DNA of 64,000 bases from Longimicrobiales bacterium (GTDB lineage: Bacteria > Gemmatimonadota > Gemmatimonadetes > Longimicrobiales > Gaopeijiaceae): contig CBDFIQ010000001.1 of NCBI GenBank assembly GCA_965248195.1, positions 1,248,001 to 1,312,000 of the forward strand, in the 5' to 3' direction. The stretch's first letter is position 1, and each line of letters opens with the position of its first letter. The notes beneath the pieces are model-generated. The model made no database searches and was not told the DNA's origin. It saw only the letters and a list, made by a program, of their open reading frames with translations. Below, in pieces: positions 10,540 to 20,393 of the stretch. A program made the translations under genes and the position numbers.

Positions 10540-11004
10540 CTACGCGCCGGCCGCCTCGATGTGTATGTCCTCGAGTGCGGACGCGTCGGCCGCCAGGTCC
10601 GCCTCGCCCGCCGGATAGCCGTTCTCCCTCAGTATGTAGCTGATGATGTCCGCATATTCCTCGGGGCTTAGACTGCCCGGATTACCTTCCGGCATTAACG
10701 TCGACGTCACCTGGAAGAAGTCCCCCACCGTGCGACCCACCCAAACCAACCTGAACCTGGCGCCGGTGAAGTCATTGATCCGGTGGCATGAGGTGCACAC
10801 TTGCTGAAACCTCGCCTGGCCCCGAGAGGCTTGCTGTGCCGTGAATACCCCGTCCAATACCGAGCTGCCAGCAGGTGTAGCGGCCTCCGGCTGTGACGGG
10901 CCGGCAGCAGGGGCAGTAGCCTCCGGCCGCTGGACCGACGCGCACGCCGTCAGGACCAATGCCGAGACCAGCGCGAGCACGACCGAAGCCAATGAATGCC
11001 TCAA
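10540..11004 (-). CDS. Monoheme cytochrome c lipoprotein
   Basis: Lipobox LTAC, CTSCH, distal MP; homologous to heme domain of 2833..5064. Confidence 0.88.
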   Translation of the reverse strand: MRHSLASVVLALVSALVLTACASVQRPEATAPAAGPSQPEAATPAGSSVLDGVFTAQQASRGQARFQQVCTSCHRINDFTGARFRLVWVGRTVGDFFQVTSTLMPEGNPGSLSPEEYADIISYILRENGYPAGEADLAADASALEDIHIEAAGA

Positions 11005-11348
11005 TTCTCACTGCCCATTTCAGACCTCCTGTATTGCTGGCGGGGATCCATCGTTGGTCGGGTCCTCCCGAGAGCGGCGGCCGTATAGACGAGCAGGCGA
11101 ACCGAACAGGCCGATGGATGCACCTCGAGGCGGTCAAAGTCAACCCATTACAACTGCTGAATCAACCTCGTTGAGTCGATCCACGCTTTCGGAGATGACG
11201 AAACCCACCCTGATATCGCGGCCTGACCTCTTCGCCAGATGAAGCGCCGGCCGATCCCGATCTGGGCGTTCCTGACCTGAAGGAAGTCCTGGTGTTCCTG
11301 ACCTCGTGGGGGTTCCCCCGCTGGAGTCCGAAGACTCGGAACATCGGG

Positions 11349-11377
11349 TTGACAAACCAGATTACGTCTCGTACTTA
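11349..11377 (+). promoter_or_regulatory. Candidate sigma70 promoter for SusC2 operon
   Basis: TTGACA-17 nt-TACTTA in AT-richer intergenic DNA; -10 imperfect. Confidence 0.45.
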
Positions 11378-11588
11378 TCATTGTGAAGTAGTGCCTTTTA
11401 CGGCATGGGAGGTGTCTTTTATCCCATTGGACGTGATCATCCCCGTCCGACACAACTGGTCAATGTCTAGTGTTCGATGTCTAGCATTGTTTGAGGAGTA
11501 GATCGGACCCGAGCAAAGGAGGGTTGGCATGATGAACAAATTGTTTGAAAAGCAGATGCAGATCGCGACCCAAAGAAGGAGGAGCGGC

Positions 11589-14500
11589 ATGATGAACAAA
11601 GTGCGAACGCTTTTCGTCGGTTTGGTCCTCTGGGCGGCTGTCGGTGCCGGCTCCGCGATGGCGCAGGAGGGCACGTTGACGGGCCTGGTGACGTCGGCCG
11701 CGACCGGCGGTCCTTTGGTCAGTGTGCAGGTCTTCATCGAGGGTACGGGGGTGGGCGGGCTCACGCAGGGGAGTGGTCGATTTTTGATCTTGAACGTGTC
11801 GCCGGGCACTTATTCGGTGACGGCGGATCGGATCGGCTACGCATCGGTGACGAGGCAGGTGTCGGTTATGGCCGGCGAGACCGCCGTGCTCGACTACGTG
11901 ATGGAAGAGGAGGCGCTCGCGCTCGACGAGATCATCGTGACGGGCACGGCGGGCGGCACGCAGAGGCGGGCCATCGGAAACCAGGTCGAGCGGCTGGACG
12001 TCGGCTCGGTCCTGGAGGTCAGTCCGGCAGCCAACATAGAGGAAGTGCTTACCGGCAGAATTCCGGGGCTCTACGTTACCCAAAGCGGCGGAAATGTGGG
12101 CTTCAATGGCTCTAAGGTTCGCATTCGGGGAGTGTCGAGCGTCGGCGTTCCTAATGATCCCATCGTCTACGTCGATGGGATCCGGGTCAACAGCGCCGTC
12201 ACCTCCTACGGTAGTCAGCAGGCGACCTCGAGGCTCAACGACATCAATCCCCAGGACATCGAGAGCATCGAGGTGATCAAGGGCCCGGCCGCGGCCACGC
12301 TGTACGGGACCGAAGCCTCGAACGGGGTGATCCAGATCATCACCAAGCGCGGGGTGTCGGGCGCGCCGTCCTACACGGGACGCCTCGAGTACGGGGCCAA
12401 CTGGTTCAACTCGCCTCGATCAACGATCGGGGACCGTTGGGACCGCGATCCAAATACCGGGGAGGTCATTGGCCCGCTTAGTCTCTATCAAATAGAAAGC
12501 GACCGTTTGGGTAGGGAGCTCTTCCAGAACGGGCCCATCGCGAAGGCCAGCCTCGCGGTCCGAGGCGGAACGGATTTTATTCGGTATTACGGGTCCTTCG
12601 ACCGATCCTACGAGGAAGGGTTCGTCGCTTGGAACCACGACACGCAGATGAGCGGGAGATTGAACGTTTCAGTCACTGCGAGCCCGTCGATTGAGTTCAC
12701 GTTCAACGGGTCGTTCAACAAGGGGAACACCCGGAGTGCCGGAGGTAATATCTGGGGGACCTTCATGAGACAGCAGCTCTCGACCGTAGGCGAGGACCCG
12801 GCGAGTTGTGAGCCAAAATGCCAGCGCGGATTCCAGATTCCGCCCGAAATATACGAGGAGTTCCAGTTTGAAACGTTCGAGCTTGAGCGCAACACGTGGA
12901 ACATAGAACTGAAGGTCAATCCACAGGGTTTGCCTTGGCTCCAGAATCGGTTGATCCTAGGAAGGGACAGAGCAACAGAGGACGAGATAGACCTCACCCG
13001 CAGGGAAGAGTTCGCACCCAACCACTGGTTCGGCAGCAGGGGTTTGGGGAGGAAGGAACTCGACGTCAAAGAGGTTACGATCAACACCTTCGACTTCTCG
13101 TCCACGGCGGCCTGGCAGGTTACGAGCAGTCTCGGGACCGCCACGTCCATAGGCGCGCAGTACTTTAAGACCACGACCTTGGACACCTTCCTGCGCGGTG
13201 ATGAGTTCGCTACGTTTGCTTTGACGACCGTCGGTGCCGCAGCCAGGACAGAGTCCGACGAAGACTTCCTCCAGAACATAACGATGGGCGCCTACGTCCA
13301 GGAGCAGTTCGACTGGGAGCAGCGACTCTTCCTCACCCTAGCCCTTCGTGTGGACGACAACAGTGCGTTCGGCACGAACTTCGATGTGGCGAAGTACCCC
13401 AAGGTGAGCGGGGCGTGGGTGGTGAGCGAGGAGTCGTTCTTCGACATCGGCTTCATCGAGCAGCTGCGGTTACGGTCCGCGTGGGGACAGGCGGGACAGC
13501 AGCCGGACGTGTTCGCTGCCACCCGGCTGTACACAACCCAACAAGGCCCGGGTGGCGTACCTATTTTGACGCCGTCCGCATTCGGTAACCCGGATCTGGG
13601 GCCCGAAAAGGGCCAAGAGTTGGAAGTCGGCTTCGAAGCCTCATTGTTTGGCGGGCGCGTGGGCATCGACTTCAGCCAGTATTGGAAGACTACGAAGAAC
13701 GCGATCGTTTCGCAGATCGTTTCCGAATCCTTCGGGTTCCCGGGTACTCAGTTCGTCAATGCCGGTGAGATCAGGAACTGGGGCACGGAGGTGGGGCTCC
13801 AGATAATGGCCCTAGACGCGGGTTTCCTGCGTTGGGACGTTGGCATCGCTGCCGCTCGTATGAAGAACGAAGCGACGACACTTGGCGACCAGCCGCGAAT
13901 CCTGATACAGGGACGATACGGGACTTACCACGTGGAAGGATTTCCGCTGGCGTCGCTCTGGGCCCCGCACGTCGTTTCGGCGGATTTCGTATCGGGTAAC
14001 AGCGGCCAGGTGGAAAACATCATGTGTGACAGCGGCATTGGTCCAGAAGGGTTCAAGCTCCCGGGTGGGCCACCCGTTCTGTGTTCCGAGTCCGCGCCCC
14101 TGCTTTACTACGGCCGCACTGGTGAGCCGACGTGGACCCTCAACATGAGTAACACGATCACCCTGGGTAATAACGTGCGGCTCTTCGCGAACATCGATGG
14201 TCGTGGCGGGCATGGGCGAGTGGATCAGGATATCGCCGCCGGGCTGACCAGTTGGGATAACCTGGAGGCGAGGGTCTTTGAGGACAACGCCATATTCCAA
14301 GCCCAACGCTCGATCGACCGGGTCCCAGCGGCGAGGTATAGGGCCGGATTCTTCTCCCTACGCGAGCTTGCGCTCCAGTACAACCTTCCCGCTTCGTTTG
14401 CGGACAGGGTGGGGGCCAGTCGCATCTCGGTGAAAGCGGCAGCCCACAACGTCGTTTACCTCTGGCGCGAACAGAGCCTGAGCGACATCGTCAACGTACC

Positions 14501-14609
14501 CGTTCCAAGCCCCGAGAGGGACAGCAGAGCAGCGGAATTCGGTGGAGGCACCCATACGGCGACGCCTCCGCTACAGAGGGCTGTCTTCACGGTGAACTTC
14601 ACGTTCTAA
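11589..14609 (+). CDS. SusC/RagA-family TonB-dependent outer membrane receptor
   Basis: Signal peptide, carboxypeptidase-regulatory-like N-domain, plug motif IESIEVIKGPAAATLYGTEASNGVIQIITK, C-terminal Phe; alternative in-frame ATG at 11529. Confidence 0.95.
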   Translation: MMNKVRTLFVGLVLWAAVGAGSAMAQEGTLTGLVTSAATGGPLVSVQVFIEGTGVGGLTQGSGRFLILNVSPGTYSVTADRIGYASVTRQVSVMAGETAVLDYVMEEEALALDEIIVTGTAGGTQRRAIGNQVERLDVGSVLEVSPAANIEEVLTGRIPGLYVTQSGGNVGFNGSKVRIRGVSSVGVPNDPIVYVDGIRVNSAVTSYGSQQATSRLNDINPQDIESIEVIKGPAAATLYGTEASNGVIQIITKRGVSGAPSYTGRLEYGANWFNSPRSTIGDRWDRDPNTGEVIGPLSLYQIESDRLGRELFQNGPIAKASLAVRGGTDFIRYYGSFDRSYEEGFVAWNHDTQMSGRLNVSVTASPSIEFTFNGSFNKGNTRSAGGNIWGTFMRQQLSTVGEDPASCEPKCQRGFQIPPEIYEEFQFETFELERNTWNIELKVNPQGLPWLQNRLILGRDRATEDEIDLTRREEFAPNHWFGSRGLGRKELDVKEVTINTFDFSSTAAWQVTSSLGTATSIGAQYFKTTTLDTFLRGDEFATFALTTVGAAARTESDEDFLQNITMGAYVQEQFDWEQRLFLTLALRVDDNSAFGTNFDVAKYPKVSGAWVVSEESFFDIGFIEQLRLRSAWGQAGQQPDVFAATRLYTTQQGPGGVPILTPSAFGNPDLGPEKGQELEVGFEASLFGGRVGIDFSQYWKTTKNAIVSQIVSESFGFPGTQFVNAGEIRNWGTEVGLQIMALDAGFLRWDVGIAAARMKNEATTLGDQPRILIQGRYGTYHVEGFPLASLWAPHVVSADFVSGNSGQVENIMCDSGIGPEGFKLPGGPPVLCSESAPLLYYGRTGEPTWTLNMSNTITLGNNVRLFANIDGRGGHGRVDQDIAAGLTSWDNLEARVFEDNAIFQAQRSIDRVPAARYRAGFFSLRELALQYNLPASFADRVGASRISVKAAAHNVVYLWREQSLSDIVNVPVPSPERDSRAAEFGGGTHTATPPLQRAVFTVNFTF

Positions 14610-14621
14610 GTCAAAAAACGT

Positions 14622-14654
14622 GGGCGCCGTCATCCGAGCGGGATGGCGGCGCCC
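14622..14654. terminator. Strong stem-loop between susC and susD
   Basis: GGGCGCCGTCATCC / GGATGGCGGCGCCC, 14-bp stem with one G-U; A-run on the 5' side rather than U-run on the 3' side. Confidence 0.6.
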
Positions 14655-14674
14655 CAGCTACCGCAAATGGAGGA

Positions 14675-16078
14675 ATGAAGATGTTTTACTCTGATACAGA
14701 GACGACGGTAGTTCGGCGGCTGGGAGGAGGGCTTCGACGGCACGCCAAGAATGTGGTGCTTGCGCTTGCCTTGATCCTCGTGTCGGCGGCATGCGAATCG
14801 CTCCTGGAAGTGGAGCTCCCGGGGAACCTTGTCGCCACGGATCTGGACGACCCGAAGCTGGCACGTACGCTGGCGCTAGGCGTGCAAGCCGACTTCGAGT
14901 GTACGTATGACAATTTCATTATGTCAATGACCCTGTGGACCACTGAAGGTAATAAGGTGGATAACGGCCGCCCGACTATCGAGACGAACCTGCGGGTAAA
15001 GGAACACTGGGACACCCGTTGGGGGAATGGGTCGTGCACGGAACCACGCCACACGTACATGGGCTTCCATATAGCCCGGGCCGGAGCAGACCTGGCTCAG
15101 GAATTGATCCCGGAGTTCGATGACGCTGACGTCGACGCCAACACCAAGAATTTCCTGCTCGGGTATACAGAAGTGTACGAGGGATGGGCCACTCAGCTCC
15201 TCGGGGAAGAGTACTGCGAGGTCACCTTCGACCAGGGAGCGCCGATAAGCCGAGAGGCTACGTACCAGCGTGCCTTGGACGCCTTCACGGATGCGGCCGG
15301 GCACTTAGCTGGGGTGACCGGGCCCGACGCCGCGCAGGCGAGAAACCTGTGGAACGCGGCGATGACCGGCAAAGCGCGAGCGAATCTCGCGATGGGCAAT
15401 CTTGGGCTGGTCGAAGCGGACGCCAGCCAGGTCGACGTGGACTTTATCTTCTGGGCGACCTACGCGGTTAGTCCCGACCGTCGCCGTAACGATTATTGGG
15501 AAGAGTTCAACGAAGACTTGGGTGCGTCGCTCAGCGAGTTTTACGTTCCCACTAATCACGGCAACAATGGCCTTCCGAACGATCCCAACAATACCTCGGG
15601 AGTCGATCCAAATTTCACGTTCCTGCATGCGTTTTTAGCGGATGGCGTGACGCCGGACCCGAGGGTGCCCGTCTTCCATGACGGTGAGGCGGTGGGCTTT
15701 GACAACTTCTCCGACGTCTGGACCCAGAGGAAGTACCCTGACGTTGACTCCCCCATGCGCATCACGAGCTGGCGTGAGGCGCAGCTCATGATCGCCGAGG
15801 TGAATCCGTCGTTGACCCTGGAGATTATCAACAAACTCCGTGCGGATTGGCCCGGCTTACCTGTGTACGCCGGCGGGACTGCAGCCGAGATTGCTGCTCA
15901 GCTGAGGGTCGAACGCATCAAGGAGTTGTTCATGGACGGCACTCGGATGATCGACAAGATTCGCTGGAACGAGCCGTGGAACATTCTTCTGAATCCGCGT
16001 GGCGAGCCATATAACCCCAATGTTACCGGGTGCGTGCCCCTGGGGCAGTTTGAGACGGGGACGAATCCCAACTTCTGA
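14675..16078 (+). CDS. SusD/RagB-family lipoprotein
   Basis: Lipobox [14 protein letters not shown] as in 1511..2836; [20 protein letters not shown]. Confidence 0.9.
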   Translation: MKMFYSDTETTVVRRLGGGLRRHAKNVVLALALILVSAACESLLEVELPGNLVATDLDDPKLARTLALGVQADFECTYDNFIMSMTLWTTEGNKVDNGRPTIETNLRVKEHWDTRWGNGSCTEPRHTYMGFHIARAGADLAQELIPEFDDADVDANTKNFLLGYTEVYEGWATQLLGEEYCEVTFDQGAPISREATYQRALDAFTDAAGHLAGVTGPDAAQARNLWNAAMTGKARANLAMGNLGLVEADASQVDVDFIFWATYAVSPDRRRNDYWEEFNEDLGASLSEFYVPTNHGNNGLPNDPNNTSGVDPNFTFLHAFLADGVTPDPRVPVFHDGEAVGFDNFSDVWTQRKYPDVDSPMRITSWREAQLMIAEVNPSLTLEIINKLRADWPGLPVYAGGTAAEIAAQLRVERIKELFMDGTRMIDKIRWNEPWNILLNPRGEPYNPNVTGCVPLGQFETGTNPNF

Positions 16079-16093
16079 GGTCTCTTGTGATGC

Positions 16094-16133
16094 AACCGCG
16101 GGGCCGGCCCCGGCCGGCCCCGTTCGGTTTTTT
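16094..16133 (+). terminator. Rho-independent terminator
   Basis: CGGGGCCGGC-loop-GCCGGCCCCG followed by TTCGGTTTTTT. Confidence 0.85.
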
Positions 16134-16147
16134 GGCCTTTGCGATGC

Positions 16148-16290
16148 GGGGGGATCGGCTCCGGCCAGATGGGCGGTGCGGTCGGCTTGAGGTGGGCGGA
16201 AGCCGGCCACGAGATTTTATTCTCGTCACGCAATCCTGATGAGCTGACGGGCCTCGTGCGCGAGGCCGGGCCCCGGGCCGGCGCCGGTAT
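16148..16290 (+). pseudogene. Fragment of NADP-binding oxidoreductase (F420:NADPH oxidoreductase-like N-terminus)
   Basis: GIGSGQMGGAVGLRWAEAGHEILFSSRNPDEL Rossmann start with no credible start codon and no remainder of the domain. Confidence 0.7.
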
Positions 16291-16380
16291 ACGTCAGAGC
16301 GTTTACGGCTGCCGAGCTGCGGAAGGCTCTCGGTCTTCCGTAAGGAAAAAGTGGGTCGCACTACCAATTCTCAGGAGTTT

Positions 16381-17445
16381 ATGATGTGGCATTCAAGTTC
16401 AATCGGTCGAGCTGGATTCACCGTCATGTTCGGCGTCGCCTCGATGGCTCTGATTTCGCCTGTGGCGTTGAACGCCCAGACCGTGGCGAACAATCCGTAT
16501 CACGCCCAGTACGGCTGGGCGAAAATGCCGGAGGGGATGCAGATCGGGGTGGCGAGTGGGGTATTCCCCGATCCTGATCGCAGGCACATCTGGGTGCTGT
16601 CGAGGTGTGGCGCGAATCACTGCGCGCTCGTACCTGACGTTGACCCGATCCTGAAATTCGACTTGGACGGGAATCTGGTGGACAGCTTTGGTGCGGGGAA
16701 GTTCTCTTGGCCCCACGGTTTCTTCTTGGATCACGAAGGATACTTGTGGGTGACCGAGGGCGCCCCGGTCGGCGACGGTCGACTGGTAGAAGGAACGAAG
16801 CGGGGCCTCGGACACCAGGTCTTCAAGCTCAGTAAGTCCGGAGAGGTGGTGATGACCTTGGGCGAGGCGGGAGTTGCCGGGGCCGATGAGAGTCATTTCA
16901 ACGGACCCGCAGACGTGGTGGTCGCTCCCAATGGCGACATCTGGGTCGCGGACGGGCACCGCGGCGGCAATAACCGCATCGTCAAATTTTCGAGCGACGG
17001 CACGTTCCTTCTTCAAGTAGGCGGTGGCCCGGAATCCGTCAGTGGAAATCCGGGCAGTTTCAACGATCCGCACGGCATTACGATGGACGCTCAAGGCAGG
17101 GTCATCGTAGCAGATCGAGGCAACAACCGGACCCAGGTCTTCGACCGAGATGGGAACCTCCTGAAGGTGTGGACGCAGCTCGGTAGGCCGAGCACAGTCT
17201 TCGTGGACCATAACGACGTTCTCTACGCGGGCGATGGAATGTCTAATGAGCAGAATAACCCTGGGTGGGAGAGGGGTATCCACATTACACCGGCGGCCTC
17301 GGGATGGGTGACGGCGTTCATCCCAGACCGGGAGGTGCCCACCGGTACTGGAGTCGAGTTCCTGGGCGTGGATTTGGATGGAAACATCTATTCCGGCGAG
17401 GTCGGCCGCCAACGGTTGGTAAAGTACATCCGGACTAGGCCGTAA
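16381..17445 (+). CDS. NHL-repeat PAL-like protein, close paralog of 9380..10441
   Basis: AGGAG RBS then ATG 16381; shared DPILKFD, PHGFFLDH, APNGDIWVADGHRGGNNRIVKF. Confidence 0.88.
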   Translation: MMWHSSSIGRAGFTVMFGVASMALISPVALNAQTVANNPYHAQYGWAKMPEGMQIGVASGVFPDPDRRHIWVLSRCGANHCALVPDVDPILKFDLDGNLVDSFGAGKFSWPHGFFLDHEGYLWVTEGAPVGDGRLVEGTKRGLGHQVFKLSKSGEVVMTLGEAGVAGADESHFNGPADVVVAPNGDIWVADGHRGGNNRIVKFSSDGTFLLQVGGGPESVSGNPGSFNDPHGITMDAQGRVIVADRGNNRTQVFDRDGNLLKVWTQLGRPSTVFVDHNDVLYAGDGMSNEQNNPGWERGIHITPAASGWVTAFIPDREVPTGTGVEFLGVDLDGNIYSGEVGRQRLVKYIRTRP

Positions 17446-17532
17446 AGACGGTATATCTCAATCTGATTCAGCCAGCTGGAGGTCCACGGCGCGCTGCCTT
17501 CGGTCACCCGAGAGAAAAAAAGGAGTCCTGTC

Positions 17533-18762
17533 ATGACGAAGTTCTTTTGGTTCAGGAGCGCATTGGTTGTTCCAGCATTTGCCGCCCTCCTCCTCCCCTC
17601 TGCGGCGGCGACGCAGCAGGTGCAGCTACTTGCTGGCGGTGACACCGAGTGGTCCCAGTTTCCGTACCAGCCTGCCGTCGCATACATACACGACGCCGGA
17701 GGCTTTCGGGTCCCCTACCTGAGGCTCGAGGAAAACTTGGACGCGATCCGCGACCGAATCGGGCCGGTGGAGTTCGACGTGACATACGCCCAGCGACACT
17801 TCCTCACCATCCAACATGATCTTGAATTCGCGACAGAGCAGGAGGAATGGCGCCACTCGTTCCAGCGCACGAGGGAGCTGATCCAGAGCGCTGACATCGC
17901 GTTCATAAATCTGGAGATGCCGATCTCGGACCGGGCCCAAATGCAGCAGACGTCGTCCGTGGGTGCGGTGGCCTACGCCGACGCTTTGGCTTGGGCCGGG
18001 TTCGATGTGATTTCTATTGCGAACAACCGCATGTTGGATGCCGAGATGATAGGGGTGCTTGACACCAGGGAGGCTCTTTCGCGTGCGGGCATCGGTGCGG
18101 TCGGTGGTGGCCGCAATCTGAAGGAGGCCCGTCTGCCGTACATCGTCGAGCGCAATGGATTGAGGGTCGCGTTTCTAGCCTACACGTCCGGGGTGAGCTG
18201 GTTTGGAGTGGACGGGTTCGCCCGCCCGGGCGGGGCGGGCGTGATGGCAATGGACCCGTTCCTGATCAAAGAGGACATCGAACGCGTGCGGGACGAGGTG
18301 GATTTCGTGGCCCTTTCCTTCCACTGGGGGGTGGGGTCCCGAGAGCCTCCGCAGGACATTCCCGAGGAGGCACGGAAATTCGCCCAAGAAATGATCGATG
18401 CGGGCGCCGACGTCATAATCGGTCACGGCTGCCACTGCTCCAAGGGTGTCGAGGTCTACAAGGGAGGGGTCATTCTCTACGCGACGGCCAACTACGCTTT
18501 TGGCCACAGCCACGACTACTTCGAGGACTACTATCTAACGCGCCTGACGCTGGAGCAGGGCTCGATTCCGCGGGTGGAGCTCCTGCCCACCGCTGGATTC
18601 GGGCTGGATGTTGTTCAGCCCTACACTCTCGAGGGTGAACGAGCCCAGAAGTTGCTTCGTAGGATTCAGGAGCTCAGCCGGCGATTGGATACGGAGCTGA
18701 CCATTGAAGGCGACATCGGTGTGATTCGGCCGGGTCCCTTGCGGATGAGCGGTACGCCGTGA
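17533..18762 (+). CDS. CapA (PGA_cap) family metallophosphatase-fold protein, exported
   Basis: AGGD, FINLEMP, SIANN, SFHWG, IDAGADVIIGH motifs; signal peptide. Confidence 0.85.
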   Translation: MTKFFWFRSALVVPAFAALLLPSAAATQQVQLLAGGDTEWSQFPYQPAVAYIHDAGGFRVPYLRLEENLDAIRDRIGPVEFDVTYAQRHFLTIQHDLEFATEQEEWRHSFQRTRELIQSADIAFINLEMPISDRAQMQQTSSVGAVAYADALAWAGFDVISIANNRMLDAEMIGVLDTREALSRAGIGAVGGGRNLKEARLPYIVERNGLRVAFLAYTSGVSWFGVDGFARPGGAGVMAMDPFLIKEDIERVRDEVDFVALSFHWGVGSREPPQDIPEEARKFAQEMIDAGADVIIGHGCHCSKGVEVYKGGVILYATANYAFGHSHDYFEDYYLTRLTLEQGSIPRVELLPTAGFGLDVVQPYTLEGERAQKLLRRIQELSRRLDTELTIEGDIGVIRPGPLRMSGTP

Positions 18763-18887
18763 TAGGCGGCTCCAACATTTGCCCCTGGTAGCGTGCCACG
18801 TTACGCTGCCACGATTCACCCAGGTACCGGGCGGACGTCAGGAGTCCGGACGGGAGATTCATCCTCTACCTCTTCGGAGGGCGTACT

Positions 18888-20393
18888 ATGAAGCAGCTCA
18901 ATTACGCAGTCATGGCCAGCCTACTGAGCATTGCGCTTACAGCCGCGTGCGCGGACTTGGGAGGTCGGGGAGCTGGAATGGAGGGTGAGGGAGACGCGGC
19001 GGCAGCTCTTGATAGGGTTGGCGCAATTGAGCGCTTGGCTGAACGGGGGATCCCCCGGATTCCTGCGAGCGGATCCGCCCCGAGCTTCGTCGTCGATCCG
19101 GGCTGGCCGAAGACCCTGCCGAACAACTGGCGAGTGAGCCAGATCGGCGGTCTGTTCGTCGATCAGCACGACAACATCTGGGTGTACCACCGGCCTCGGG
19201 CGCTTGACGCAAGCGCCGCCGCCGGCCTGGGCATCGCCGGCACAAACGAGGCCGGCGTCCCGGTGAGCGGCTTGGGGCATCCCAGGCCCTTTGGCGACCA
19301 ACGTGCCGGATGCTGCGTTCCTGCGCCCTCGGTCCTCAAGTTCGACCCGGAAGGGAATCTGCTGGACGCGTGGGGTGGCCCGGCCGATCCAGGCTTCCTC
19401 GAAGAGAATTGCCGCGAGGAGGACGGCTGCTACTGGCCGGCCCGTGAACATGGAATCTTCGTAGACCACAACGACTTCGTCTACATCTCCGGAAACGGAC
19501 AGAATTTCTTCGGCGAATTCCCGTGGGCGGCTACTTTCGGGGACGACTCGCAAGTCCTGAAGTTCACGACGGACGGCGAGTTTATTTACCAGATCGGGCA
19601 TGCCGGTATGGAAGGTCCGGACAGCGAGGATATCGATGGTGGCCCCAACGGGACTCCGCAGCCTTATCTGGTAGCGGACATGACGGTCGATCCGGAGACG
19701 AACCTCCTTTACATCGCGGATGGTTATGGAAATCGGCGCATTCTGATCGTCGACGCCGAGACGGGCCAGTACGTGGGTCACTTCGGCGCCTACGGGCAGA
19801 ACCCAGTGGACGATCCCGATGGCACGGATTTAGACCCCTATGACTCCGGCCCGTGGAGCGCCGATTATCTGGCCGGCAATATGAAGCCAATGTTTTTCCG
19901 GGGTCCGTTGCACTGTGCGAAGGTCAGTCTCGACGGATTGTTGTACGCCTGCGACCGGGGCAACAATCGCGTCCAGATATTCGACGTGAACCAGGTCGGT
20001 GGAGTGTGCAGCAACCCCAACGCGGAGCCCGGCGTGTGTGGTTTCGTGGGTGAGGTCCACATTGCTCCGCATACGGCGAGTGGCACTTCGGGGGCGGTGA
20101 ACTTCTCCACCGATCCTGCGCAGAGCTGCCTCTACGTCGAGGATCTGGCCAACGGCACCATCTACATCCTCAACCGGGAAAACCTGCACGAACTGGACCG
20201 TATCGGTCGGTCGGGTCGCCAGATCGGCGAGTTCCACTGGGTCCATGTCGTCAGCATCGATTCGCAGGGCAACCTCTACACTGGAGAGGTCGACACCGGC
20301 CAACGGATCCAGAAATTCCTGCGTTATGGGGAGGAGACCGGATGCAGTGGCACCGGTAGTGCGGATGTAGGTCTGTATAACCTGAATAGGTGA
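18888..20393 (+). CDS. NHL-repeat PAL-like lipoprotein, Cys-rich
   Basis: Lipobox TAAC; VDPGWPK, YHRP, REHGI, ADGYGNRR, CDRGNNRVQ, HWVH. Confidence 0.85.
   Translation: MKQLNYAVMASLLSIALTAACADLGGRGAGMEGEGDAAAALDRVGAIERLAERGIPRIPASGSAPSFVVDPGWPKTLPNNWRVSQIGGLFVDQHDNIWVYHRPRALDASAAAGLGIAGTNEAGVPVSGLGHPRPFGDQRAGCCVPAPSVLKFDPEGNLLDAWGGPADPGFLEENCREEDGCYWPAREHGIFVDHNDFVYISGNGQNFFGEFPWAATFGDDSQVLKFTTDGEFIYQIGHAGMEGPDSEDIDGGPNGTPQPYLVADMTVDPETNLLYIADGYGNRRILIVDAETGQYVGHFGAYGQNPVDDPDGTDLDPYDSGPWSADYLAGNMKPMFFRGPLHCAKVSLDGLLYACDRGNNRVQIFDVNQVGGVCSNPNAEPGVCGFVGEVHIAPHTASGTSGAVNFSTDPAQSCLYVEDLANGTIYILNRENLHELDRIGRSGRQIGEFHWVHVVSIDSQGNLYTGEVDTGQRIQKFLRYGEETGCSGTGSADVGLYNLNR

Noticed and set aside
17533..18762. 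Poly-gamma-glutamate capsule locus
   Set aside because: No capB/capC in window
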